Positions 50,036 through 61,500 of a stretch of DNA of 64,000 nucleotides are shown piece by piece. Every line of letters starts with the position of its first letter. Positions within the stretch are counted from its first letter, which is position 1. The notes beneath the pieces were generated by a model. That model searched no databases. It had not been told where the DNA came from and saw only the letters and a program-made list of their open reading frames with translations. Origin of the DNA: Torpedo marmorata (Eukaryota); NCBI GenBank assembly GCA_977017645.1, contig OZ360220.1, positions 222,332,001 through 222,396,000 of the forward strand, in the 5' to 3' direction. Made by a program: the position numbers and the translations under genes.

Positions 50036-52903
50036 AAAAACACAAAGCTGGAGAAACTCAGCAGGTCAAGCAGTGTCCTTTATAGAGCAAAGGTAAAAAT
50101 ACATAACCGACGTTTCGGGCTTGAGCCCTTCATCAAGTATGGGAAAATGTCGGTAGGTGTCCAAACAAAAGAGTAGGGAGGGGGAAGTGGTGGTTGCAAG
50201 GCAGGAGATGATAGGTGGAGAAGGGAGGGAGGGGACAGCAGAGATCAAGGGGAGGAGGGATGGCTAGGTGAAGAGAGGGGGAAGGGAGGGAGGAGAACTG
50301 GAAAGGGGAAGGGGAGGGGGAAGAGGAGAGCAGGTTAGCAGAAACTGGAAAAGTCGATGTTAATGCCATCTGGCTGGAGAGTGCCCAGACGGAAAATAAG
50401 GTGTTGTTCCTCCAATTTACGGGTGGTCTTGGTGGGACAGTGCATAAGACCATGGACAGACGTAAAAGTGTGGGAGTGTGACACAGAACTGAAATGGTTG
50501 GCTACTGGGAGGTCCCTGTTACTGTTGCGGACGGAGCGAAGGTGCTCAGCGAAGCGATCTCCCAATTTGCGCCCAGTCTCTCTGATGTAGAGAAGGCCAC
50601 AAAGGGATGCAGTAAATCAGTCCTGTGGATACACAAGTGAAGTGTTGCTTCACTTGAAAGGCCTGTTTGGGGCCCCAGACCGAGGTGCGGGAGGAGATGC
50701 GGGCGTGTGTTGCACCTCCTGCGGCCACAAGGAAAGGTGCCGGGGTGGGGATTGGTGGGAGGGATGAGTGTATAAGGGAGTCACAGAGGGAGCAATCCCT
50801 ACGGAAGGCAGAGAGGGGAGGAGAGGGGAAGATGTGTCTGGTGGTGGGATCCTGTTGTAAGTGCCCGAAATTCTGGAGGATAATATGTTGGATGCGGAGG
50901 CTGGTGGGGTGGTAGGTGAGGATGAGGGGGGTTCTATGTTTGTTAAGTCTGGGGGCAGAGGGGGCCAGGGCAGATAAGCGGGAAGTGGAGGAGAGGCAGG
51001 TGAAGGCTGAGTTAATGGCGGTGGAGGGGAAGCAATGTTTGTGGAAGAAGGCAGACATTTCGGAAGATCTGGACTGGAAGACCTCATCTTGGGAACAGAT
51101 GCGGAGGAGACGGAGAAATTGAGAGAAGGAGGTAGAATCCTTGCAGGGGACAGGGTGTGAGGAAGTGTAGTGAAGGTAGATGTGGGAGTTAGTGGGTTTG
51201 TAATATATGTCGGTGGAAAGCTTGTCTCCTGAGATGGAGACAGAGAGATCCAGGAAGGGGAGAGTGTTGTCGGAGATGAACCAGGTGAGTTTGAGATCAG
51301 GGTGTAAATTGGCCGCGAAGTGGATGAAGATGACAAGCTCATCGCGGGTGCATGAGGCAGCCCCAATGTAGTCATCTCCTACAACACTCTCCCCTTCCTG
51401 GATCTCTCTGTCTCCATCTCGGCAGACAAGCTTTCCACCGACATATATTACAAACCCACTAACTCCCACAACTACCTTGACTACACTTCCTCACACACTG
51501 TTCCCTACAAGGATCTATCTCCTTCTCTCAATTTCTCCGTCTCCGTCGCATCTGTTCCCAAGATGAGGTCTTCCAGTCCAGATCTTCTGAAATATCTGCC
51601 TTCTTCCACAAACGTGGCATCCCCTCCACCACCATCAACTCAGCCCTCACCCGCATCTCCTCCACTTCCCGCTCATATGCTCTGGCCCCCTCTGCCCCCA
51701 GACGTACCAAACATAGAACCCCCCTCATCCTCAACTATCACCCCACCAGCCTCCGCATCCAACACATTATCCTCCAGAATTTCCGGCACTTACAACAGGA
51801 TCCCACTACCAGACACATCTTCCCCTCTCCTCCCCTCTCATCCTTCCGTAGGGATCGCTCCCTCCATGACTCCCTCGTGCACTCATCCCTCCACACCAAT
51901 CACCCCCCGGCACTTTTCCCTGTGGCCGCATGAGTGCAACACTTGCGCCCACACCTCCTCCCTCACCTCGGTCCGGGGCCCCAAACAGGCCTTTCAAGTG
52001 AAGCAACACTTCACTTGTGTATCCACAGGACTGATTTACTACATCTGGTGCTCCCTTTGTGGCCTTCTCTGCATCGGAGAGACTGGGCGCAAATTGGGAG
52101 ATCGCTTTGCTGAGCACCTTCGCTCCGTCCGCAACAGTAACAGGGACCTCCCAGTAGCCAACCATTTCAGTTCTGTGTCACACTCCCACACTCACATGTC
52201 TGACCATGGTCTTATGCACTGTCCCACCAAGACCCGCAAATTGGAGGAACAACACCTTATTTTCGGTCTGGGCACTCTCCAGCCAGATGGCATTAACATC
52301 GACTTTTCCAGTTCCTGCTCTCCTCTTCCCCCTCCCCCCTTCCCTTCCCCTTTCCAGTTCTCCTCCCTCTCTTCCCCCTTCCTTCACCTAGCCATCCCTC
52401 CTCCCCTTGATCGCTGCTGTCCCCTCCCTCCCTTCTCCACCAATCACCTCCTGCCTTGTGACCACCCCTTCCCCCCCCCCCCTACTCTTTTGTTCGGAAG
52501 CCTACCGACATTTTCCCATATCTTGATGAAGGGCTCAAGCCTGAAATGTCGGTTATATATTTTTACTTTTGCTATATAAAGGACACTGCTTGACCTGCTG
52601 AGTTTCTCCAGCTTTCTGTTTTTTAACACCAATAGCCTGAATACGATTGGGATTGTCTGATCTCGGAAGCTAAGCAGGCACAGGACTGGTCAGTACTTGG
52701 AGGGGAGACTGCCTAGGAACACCAGGTGCTGTAGGTTTCTGTGAGGGACGCTGGACAAAGTAACGACTCTCTGTCTGCCTTACGGTAGACAAAAATGAAA
52801 GAATTTCATGTATGTTACATTCTAAATGTAGTATTACGTGACAATAATGGAATCTTTAACCTTTTACTTCAACCACGGTGTCTGCAGATTTTTGTGTTTT
52901 ACT
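50036..52903. mobile_element. Penelope-like element with two ~1.3-kb inverted arms (minus arm 50036-~51375, plus arm ~51376-52903)
   Basis: RT C-terminus DDYIG..., LPFLDL, YYKPT and GIY-YIG (GLIY...IGETGRKLGDRFAEH) on the arms. Perfect 14-bp TSD TCTCCATTGAACTT (50022-50035, 52904-52917). Confidence 0.93.
52627..52866 (+). mobile_element. 5S rRNA-derived SINE inserted in the Penelope tail
   Basis: GTCTGATCTCGGAAGCTAAGCAGG...AGTACTTGGAGGGGAGACTGCCTAGGAACACCAGGTGCTGTAGG aligns to 5S rRNA including the A and C boxes. A ~125-bp LINE-like tail follows, and the Penelope tail resumes afterwards. Confidence 0.9.
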
Positions 52904-54540
52904 TCTCCATTGAACTTGTTTGGCAAGTGGTGATGGAATTAATTTAATTGCTTGAGGCAGCGCCTGCAGTTTGAAGAATTAGGTAGAAATGCCTAATAGA
53001 GAATATGTACTTTGGCCAGAAATGTCTTGTTTTATAACTACAGTTCAATATATCTGTTACTGAAATGTGACATTAAAAAAGGTTGCTAAATAGATGACCC
53101 ACATTTTGCTGACAATATCTTGCTACTTTGTGACAGCTGTGCAACAGTTTGCAAACTGCGAGCTTGTACTTCCAGTTGCTTCTATTTATTTTTGTAAAGT
53201 CTTTATTTTCTTTAATTTACACTGTGACCTTTGAATATTCCTTAGTTTCTTCATGTAAAATATAAATTTAAAATTGAGATTTGTTGGATCTTAACAGGAG
53301 ATTTTTTGATCTTTACTCTGCCGACGTGCACGTTCCGTTTCTTGATGCTGGCCAATCAGATTTGTGTTGCTTGGGTACAGGGTGGGCTATCCTACAGTTT
53401 GTTTACAAATGTGAAAGATTTGTTAATCATTTATGCTTTTTACACAGCCACTTCGTTCCAGGATATTTGCAGCTTTTTTACGCTACGCCTGCTGTGTAAA
53501 AAGCATCGACACGGAATGGGGGGGGGGGTCATTCCAGTCCTGGCTTTTTTCCGACAGCAGAGGTAGTAACAGCGCCGGATCACCATCTGTGTAAAAGGGG
53601 CGATCTGGCATTCCAGCACCATGATGGGAATGGATGTGTTTGTGTACTGTATTTTCTTTAGAGTATTTAAAACTTGGACAAAACATGCAAGTAGGACAAC
53701 AGGAAAAATCTTTTTAATAATAATACCGCTGTCCCGCTCTCTCCCGGCGGCCCGCTGCCTGCTCTCTGTTGCTGTGGGCTGCTCATGGAGAGGGGTGAGG
53801 GCAATCACAAAGTGTGGCTGGGTCCAGCACCAACCTGGCAAAGTATCATTCCCAGTATATCACTGATTTGACACTAGGCCTGCCAGATTGAGCTGCAATT
53901 ATACAGCAAAGGTAAAAGGCAGAGTCGATCTGGCTGACAGCGAGTAGTTCACCAAGGAATACCTGACCGGCAGGCACTTGGGGTTTAGCCCATCTCGGAT
54001 GTCTATGCATGCTCCCATAAATGCAGAAGTCTGAAATGAGCTGTAGATGAAATGGCTGGAGCTGGAGATGAAATGAGCTGGTGGGGATATAGTGATGCAT
54101 CCTCTACTAGACTTACCGTTTCGTTAGGTGGGTGAAGCACTGATGTGTTGCTGGGAGGAGAATGGGAGATGATTTAATTCATAAGTACATAATTCATGGT
54201 TTTGACAGGACAGATGTGGGGTGGCTGTTGGTCTTTCAAAATAGGGCTTGATCATTCATGAATAAGATAAAAAGTATGTATCAAAGGGTACTGAGTCTGG
54301 AACTCTACAGAAGGAGGGTGTGAATGCTCAGTTACTGAATGTATTCAAGACAGTCACTGACAGACCTTCAGATATTAAGGGAGAGGAGATTAGTGTTAGA
54401 GAGTGGCATTGTGATGAAAGACCACCGTCCCGCTCTCAGCTGTCCCCAGGTGTCTCTAGTCACCTTGTGCTTGTGAGCAAGCTGGTCTGTGGGTTTGTCC
54501 TCAGTTTGAACAGTCTGAAGCTCCCAACGATAGATAGCGG

Positions 54541-55747
54541 TGATTAGTAAGGGATTACTTAAGGTGGTATGTGAGTGGAAAGAAAATGTTTGAAAACCAC
54601 TGTTTTAATCGTACCTAATTGACTAGTTATGTGCACGGTTTCATAACTCCAAAGGAAATGGGCCAATGACAATTTTTCTCAAGCAAAATATTTCAGAAAC
54701 AATTGGGTCTAGAGCAGTGGTTCTCAACCTTCCCTTCCCACTCACATACCACCTTAAGCAATCCCTTACTAATCACAGAGCACTTATGGCATAAGGATTG
54801 CTTAAGTTGGAGTGTGAGTTTAGGGGGCAGTTTGAAAACCACTGGTCTAGAGCAGTGGTTCTCAACCTTTATTTTCCCCACTCACATACCATCTTAAGTA
54901 ATTCAAGATTCAATTTATTGTCATGCAATAAAACAGTGTCATATTACACAAAATTCCCCTCGCCTGCTGTAAGGCAGACAGATTCACCATCGGCAGAAAT
55001 TGCCTGAAGCGCCTCTTACAGTCAGAGAAAGAAAAGCAAAAGAGAGATCCCCCCAGAGTCACACAGTGTCCGTAGATTCGCCTCCGCAGCCACACAGTCC
55101 AGTCCAAACCATTGGCAACCCGAGCTCCAGATCCGAACCGACACGGTCAGGAACCCTTCGGCCCCCCCTCGCATCCTGGTTCCGATACCTGGTACCCCTT
55201 CAGCCAGTTTGAGCCAGTCTCCAGCAGCCCACAGCCTCTGCGGGTTCATCGCCTCGAGTCGCCAGCAGCCCGCCGCATGCATTGGTCTTTCAGCCGCAGA
55301 GCCCCCTCACTGGTCCGCCGCCGTGGTCACCGTCCTGTGAGCCGTCTCCTCTGCTTCTCCTTCTTAGACGGGGATGGTCTCCCCGTTTTCTGGTGCCCTG
55401 CGCCAGTCCTCCGCTCCCCTGCAGTCTGCAACCCCTCGTGGCTGCTGCCGATCAGAGGCGCTGCCATCTTGGGCGCAGACCCCGCGGTCGCGGGATTTTA
55501 AATAAAACTACTGTCGGCTCCTTTAACGGGCCATTCAAAGCCCATGCGGAGCTGACGGCAGTTGACTGGGCGGTTGGACATTGCGGGAGCGCTGTATCTC
55601 CGCTGCTCGCGGGTCAGCACCAGCGGCAGCGCTGCCGTTACAGTGGCTCCAGCAGCACCGCCATCCCTTACTACTCACAGAGCAACTATGGCATAGGGAT
55701 TACTTAAGGTGGTATGTGAGTGGAAAGAAAACGTTTGAAAACCACTG
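54541..55747. mobile_element. Cluster of hAT MITE units (half unit 54541-54602, unit 54715-54844, unit 54853-55747 interrupted)
   Basis: Same TIR and body as 190-337. Unit 54715-54844 is flanked by the TSD GTCTAGAG on both sides. Confidence 0.88.
54902..55664 (-). mobile_element. ~830-bp GC-rich retroelement, copy B (more diverged), inserted in a MITE
   Basis: Reverse complement of copies A and C. The MITE sequence CTTAAGTA|ATCCCTTA rejoins across it. Confidence 0.85.
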
Positions 55748-55764
55748 CTATAGATCAATGCAGT

Positions 55765-55935
55765 AGATTTTCTCACGCTCTTTTATAAATTGTACGCGTG
55801 TGTTTTATTAAATTGTGCGCGTATTTTCCCACGCTCTTTTATAAGTTGTGCGCATATTTTCCCACGCTCTTTTATAAATTATGTGCGTGTGTTTTATTCC
55901 TGCTACGATTTTCCCATGCTCTTCTATTAATTGTT
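55765..55935. repeat. Degenerate ~25-35-bp tandem repeat
   Basis: Units like TTTTCCCACGCTCTTTTATAAATTGTGCGCGT. Confidence 0.75.
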
Positions 55936-56316
55936 GTGTGTTAATAAAAGTAAAGTTTGATTGCAAACCCTTGTGTCCAGACTCGTCTCTCTCGAACCTG
56001 ACACTTTCTCAACACAACAATGGCCAGTGCGGGGACCGACAGCGGGCCACCGGGAGAGTCTCCCGACAGCCCGCCACCAGCCATTTATTGGGGAAAAAAA
56101 GTGGGTTTAACATGCCGTCAAATACGATATGTTATACGTGACACTAGACGCCGACGCTATTGTGTTACACGTCCCGCCTCCTTTGCTCACGGAATGCCGG
56201 CTTGCTGTGTAAAAAGACACACTGACCCGGCATTATGCCAGCTTTGTTCGGTTCAGTGTAAACGACCAAAGCCGGCTTAATGCCGGGTCTTCTTTACGGC
56301 AATATTGCGGGATTTC

Positions 56317-56357
<41 letters not shown>

Positions 56358-56794
56358 AAAAAAAAACCACAAAACCATAATTGATTCAGCAAGTCTGAGT
56401 GTTAATGGCATGAGTGAGCAGAATCTCACATTATTAGCAGTGCGATACAGGTATATTAATTGCATATCAGTGTAAGTGTGAAAATGTTGCCACCCTCGAC
56501 ATAAAATAATAAATCGTAACCACATATCTGGGGAAAATAAAGTGTGATGTATGTTAATCGCTGGTGCATAGAAAGTAACTGAAAAACACTTGATAAACCT
56601 TTTTAAAGTTCTGAGGGAACCAACAAGTATTCAGTGCCAATTTTGTCTGCTGTGAGAAAAACCTTGTGAATCATATTAAAGATGACATTATAGTTGATTT
56701 AAATAGAACACTTATGTGAAAAGCTGATAATATAGTTGATTAACAGCTGTGGCTAAATTTTCAAAGTGTCCCCTAATCAAGTGGATAACATATG

Positions 56795-57075
56795 GCTAAT
56801 TCCAGAGGACGTCGGTTTAAGGTTAATAGAGGAAGATTTAGGGGAGACATTGTTGCTTTTTACAGAGGGTGGGTGCCTGGAATGCAATGCTGGGGGTAGT
56901 GGTAGAGACTGAATAGGAACATTTAAAAGACTCTTGGATAGGCAAATGGATGCAAGAAAAGTGAAGGGTGATGTGCTGTGAGGGAGGGAAGGGTTAGGTA
57001 GATGTGGAGTAGGTTTACATAGGTCAGCACAACATTTTATGCTGAAGGCCTGTACTGTGCTGTAATGTTCTATGA
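56795..57075 (+). mobile_element. CR1 3' end fragment
   Basis: TTTTTACAGAGGGTGGGTGCCTGGAATGC...GAAGGCCTGTACTGTGCTGTAATGTTCTATG. Confidence 0.75.
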
Positions 57076-57290
57076 GAAAACAATCTAGAAAGATGGTCAG
57101 AATCTAAAATAATAACTAAGAGGAGGTGGAAATACTCATCATGCTGCATCAATGGAGAAAAAAATAGAGTTAACAATATTGGTTTTTATTTAAATCAAAA
57201 ATGATTCAATTCTGATGTGTTAGACTGATATCTGAAATTGTTGAATTCAAATCTTTGGACCATCCATGGGAAGCATCCATCACATAGGAA

Positions 57291-58118
57291 ATGGCGACGC
57301 TGTAGCGGCAGCACTGCCACTGGTGCGGACCCGCAGGGAGCGTGGGAGCGGAGATACAGTGCTCCCGCGGGGTCCAGCCGCCCAGTCGACTGCCGTTGGT
57401 TCCGCACGGGCTTTGAACGGCCCATTAAAGGAGCCGACGGTGGTTTTATTTAAGATCCCGCGACTGCGGGGTCTGCGCCCAAGATGGCAGCACCTTTTAA
57501 CCGGGAGCAGCCACGAGGGGCTGCAGACTCCGGGGAAGTGGAGGACTGGAGCAGGGCACCAGAGGACGGGAAGATCACCCCCGTCTGAGAAGGAGAAGCG
57601 GAGGAGACGACCCACGGGACGGTGACCAGGGCGGCGGACCGGTGAGGGGATCTGAGGCTGAAGGACCAGTGCATGCGGCGGGCTGCTGGCGACTCGAGGC
57701 GAGGAACCCGTGGAGGCTGTGGGCTGCTGGAGACTGCTGTCGGGAGACTCACACCGGGCGGCGGACTGCTGGAGGCTGGCTCGAACTGGCTGGAGGAGTA
57801 CCAGGTATCGGAACCGGGATGTGAGGGGGTGCCGAGGGCAACCTGACCGTGTTGGAGATTCGTATCTGGAGCTCGGGATGCCGATCGTTTGGACTGGACT
57901 CTGTGTGGCTGCGGAATCACTGGAGGCGGATCTATGGACACTTGGTCACTCTGGGGGTATTTTCTTTTGCTTCTCTTTCTCTGACTGTAAGGAATGTTAG
58001 AGGCGCTTAGGCAATTTCTGCCGATGGCGAATCTGTCTGCCTTGCAGCAGGCAAAAAGAAATTTCATGGAATATGACACTGTCTTATCACTATGACAATA
58101 AATTGAATCTTGAATCTT
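57291..58118 (+). mobile_element. ~830-bp GC-rich retroelement, copy C
   Basis: Begins ATGGCG, is highly similar to copy A, and ends TGACAATAAATTGAATCTTGAATC. Confidence 0.87.
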
Positions 58119-58194
58119 CAACTATTTGAATTTTCAAATATATATATATATATTTAAAAAATGTTTCCTTGATCGCTCTTTTTTTCTTCTAAAG

Positions 58195-58570
58195 CAGTGG
58201 TTTTCAAAGTTTTTCTTTCCACTCACATACCACCTTAAGTAATACCTATGCCATAGATGGTCTGTGATTAGTAAGGGATTATTTAAGGTGGTATGTGAGT
58301 GGGGGAAAAAAGGTTGAGAACCACTGCTCTGGACCCAGTTGTTATTGAAATATTTTGCTTGAGAAAAATTGTCATTGGCCCATTTCCTTTGAAGTTATGA
58401 AACCGTGCACATAACGAGTCAATTAGGTACGATTAAAACAGTGGTTTTCAAACTTTTTCTTTCCACTCACATACCACCTTAAGTAATCCCTATGCCATAG
58501 GTGGTCTGTGATTAGTAAGGGATTACTTAAGGTGGTATGTGAGTGGAAAGAAAAAGTTTGAAAACCACTG
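58195..58570. mobile_element. Composite hAT MITE: two palindromic units (58195-58326, 58439-58570) flanking a 112-bp spacer
   Basis: A perfect 8-bp TSD TTCTAAAG occurs only at the outer ends (58187-58194, 58571-58578). Confidence 0.92.
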
Positions 58571-61500
58571 TTCTAAAGTCTTGTGTTAACCAAACCTGCA
58601 TTCTCTCCTCATCAGGTAAACTTTCTGTCCCTGGAACCATATTAGTGAATTTTTGCTCTGCCATTACGACCCAAAACATGCACAATATTCGGGATGTCGG
58701 CCCTCTGTATTTGCAGTATTTACTCCTGCACTCATCCTCCATAATAAAAGTCAACATACCCTTGCCTTCATATTGGCTTTCATATGACTCGTGCACAAGG
58801 CCACACAGATCCCTGCGAACATTGCACAATTTATCATAATTTTTAAAAATCCTCTGTGCTTATGTTTTCTACACAAGCTTCATATTTTTTCCACATTATT
58901 TTGGTTCTGTGAACAAAAGCAGAATATTCGGTTCCTTTGTTCCATCAGTCAGCAAGATCATGACGGAGATAAAAGCTCTGTCCTTATATTCAAATTACTT
59001 TTGACATGAAAATTTGAGGTAAAATCTCTCCAGTATCTTAAATCTCCTTGATGTGGGGGTGGTATCATTCTCCCTATTGTCAATCACAACTCTATCCCCA
59101 ATTCAGTTTTTAATCAGGGTGTCATGGAAAAAAATGGTAGCTTTCTTTGGTGCAAAGGCCAATTAAATTTATTTTAAATGTATCAGAGTTAAAATATTTG
59201 CATTGTAGAGGTGCTTCAGTGAGTTTCTCTACCACATTTCCTGGAGAGATTACTTCATGTCAAGCTATTCCAGATTTAATTCATACCTTGAGGTGAATCA
59301 AAATAAAATCTTGTTTAATATAGCAGCTCAATCTACAATGGATTCCAGTTGCATCTGGCTTGAGTACACAGCAGGTCAGGCAGCATTTGTGGAGAGAGAG
59401 AGAAGCCAATTAATGATTTTTGAAACATTTTGTGTTTGGATTTGTGCCCTGTCAGTCATTGTGAAGAATGGCAATGTTATAAATGAGGAGTTCTGAAAAC
59501 TGGAATAATTGAATTTAGGGATGAAAATTTTCCTACTTAACAATAAAGAGCCTGTTATTTAAGTACAGTACTGAAGGAGTACTACACAAAGGGAGCCTTT
59601 AAATTGTCAACCTTTCTGCTTTTTCAGGAAAATCTAGTCATTTTGCCAGGCATTCACATAACTCATCATCTGGTTACTCATTTATTGCTGAGGGAATTGC
59701 CACATTCCTGAGTAGCACAATGATTATTCAAAAGACAAAGTAATTAATTGGCTGTTATATCCTTAGGTCATGGAAGGGGCTTTGAAAATGATACCTCTGG
59801 TTTGTAGCGTGGTCCAACTCTGAATGGATACATCTACGAAGTTCAAATCTATTCATGTCAAGGATCAGAATTTCAACGTGTGTATCCAGTCAATTAAGTA
59901 TTTTGAAGTAGAATCATGCAGAAAGTTATTAACAAATATATGCATAGAGTGGCACCACAAAAATGTGAATGACTGGCTGAGGTACTTTTTGTCAGAATAC
60001 CAAGAGAGTTCATTTTGCAAATTTCAATAGTGGCACAGCATCTTTTATCTTAAACTGATTCCTCTGCCTGCTCAGGTTAACTTCTCATCTGAAAAATAGT
60101 TCGTACTGCTGGAAACATCTCAAAACTACTCCAAAGTGCTGGCCTTGTCTTTTTTGTGACATTAATTTGGCATTTAAACCAACATGAGGTATGAATTTGA
60201 ATTCTGAACTGAAGTATTTTTTCATGACAAAATCAAAGAGATTTAGTTTACTTTGGTTGATTTTACCATATTTCTTTTAAGCTGGAGTTTAAAAGTTTTT
60301 GTTGGATAAATAAATCAGTTAACAACACATGGCTTTGTCCTTGCTTCAATGTGTTTACAAAATAATGACAGCTGCGTGAATTGACGAGTCAGAGCAATGG
60401 TCTATCCCATTTTCAATATGTCGTGAAAGTTATTTTGTTTTTATTGTTTGATAGTAAGAATATTATGTTTTGTTCTTATTGATGTAAAGCCAGTATTTAT
60501 TACCAGTCTTTTATCAAATTGCTCAGTACGTAACTTAAACAATGTTGCTTAATTGAATGCAACAGCTATCAGAGTCGTACACCCAATGATTAATGTATTT
60601 TGGTTTGTAAATTAATGGGCATATTCAATAATACAGAATTTGCACTTTTTAAAATTACCATGTAAAATCTAGATAAAGCAGTGTTTTCATTTGCTCTATG
60701 TGTACCTGCATGTATCCCATTTTTACAAAATTTTAATGACAATTTTGTTTTTATACGATGACAGAGCTGCATCCGGTTTCTCAGCAAGCTCTGAAGAAAT
60801 GAAGAACAGATATGTAGATGTGTGTGGTTTTGGTTTGTTTAAAGCATGGGATGCTAAACTTTTGTTCTTAACAATTTTAATCTTTTGATATATTTGGAAA
60901 ACTTGAGAATTCAATCAAAGTAAAATTTCCTTGTTATAACTTCAGAATGCAATGGCAGATTTCAACTAATTTGCCATCTTAAAAAGGTTAATTTTTGAAG
61001 CATTGGTTGGAAACTGGTTTGACAATGAAGAAGCATGCACTAAGTAATTTGTTTTGGAAGGGTTCAAGTGCCTTTATTGCATTCATTAACCTTTCTTTCC
61101 TATGCTGTCTTATTTTCCCCACCCGACTCTTACCCGTACCTTCCCAGCCCCCCTCCAAAACCCACCCAAGACGGGTACAGTTTAAGAAATGACTGCTTTT
61201 CAAATGACCCAAACTATCAATGAATGTAGTTGCTGTTCGGGGATGTGTGACCCACGTGACCTATAAATCTGATTGAAAGTTACAGCTCAAGCAACATGGT
61301 TGGCTTCACTGATGGATGGAAGATTAAGGGCTGTGATTAACCATGTGATTTGCAAGCTTGGAATCTGTTGCCAAAGCAACATTCATCAGATGCAGTCAGA
61401 ATTTCAAGTGACCAAATGAAATTCAGGTGGTGCAGCGTTTTCTTTTGCTTTCTATTTCTCCTATGTGGCCTACACTTCAAAGTGAAAAATAAATCTTTGA

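Larger units (their letters stand above)
53435..56377. mobile_element. Possible PIF/Harbinger-like non-autonomous element with nested content
   Basis: Inverted ends TTTTTACACAG / CTGTGTAAAAA, repeated TGTGTAAAA motifs in both arms, and the inverted pair CTCTCCCGGCGGCCCGCTG (~53740) / CAGCGGGCCACCGGGAGAG (~56040). The right end is blurred by a poly-A run. Confidence 0.5.

Noticed and set aside
51563-52579. 338-aa Pro/Ser-rich ORF as a host gene
   Set aside because: It is an off-frame read of Penelope RT that shifts into the GIY-YIG frame.
52627-52740. 5S rRNA gene
   Set aside because: The 5' end is missing or diverged, it is not in an array, and it is fused to a tail shared with a second dispersed copy. 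It is a SINE head.
54541-58570. CRISPR-like repeat-spacer array
   Set aside because: The repeats are ~130-bp TIR-bearing MITEs with 8-bp TSDs in vertebrate DNA, and there are no cas genes.
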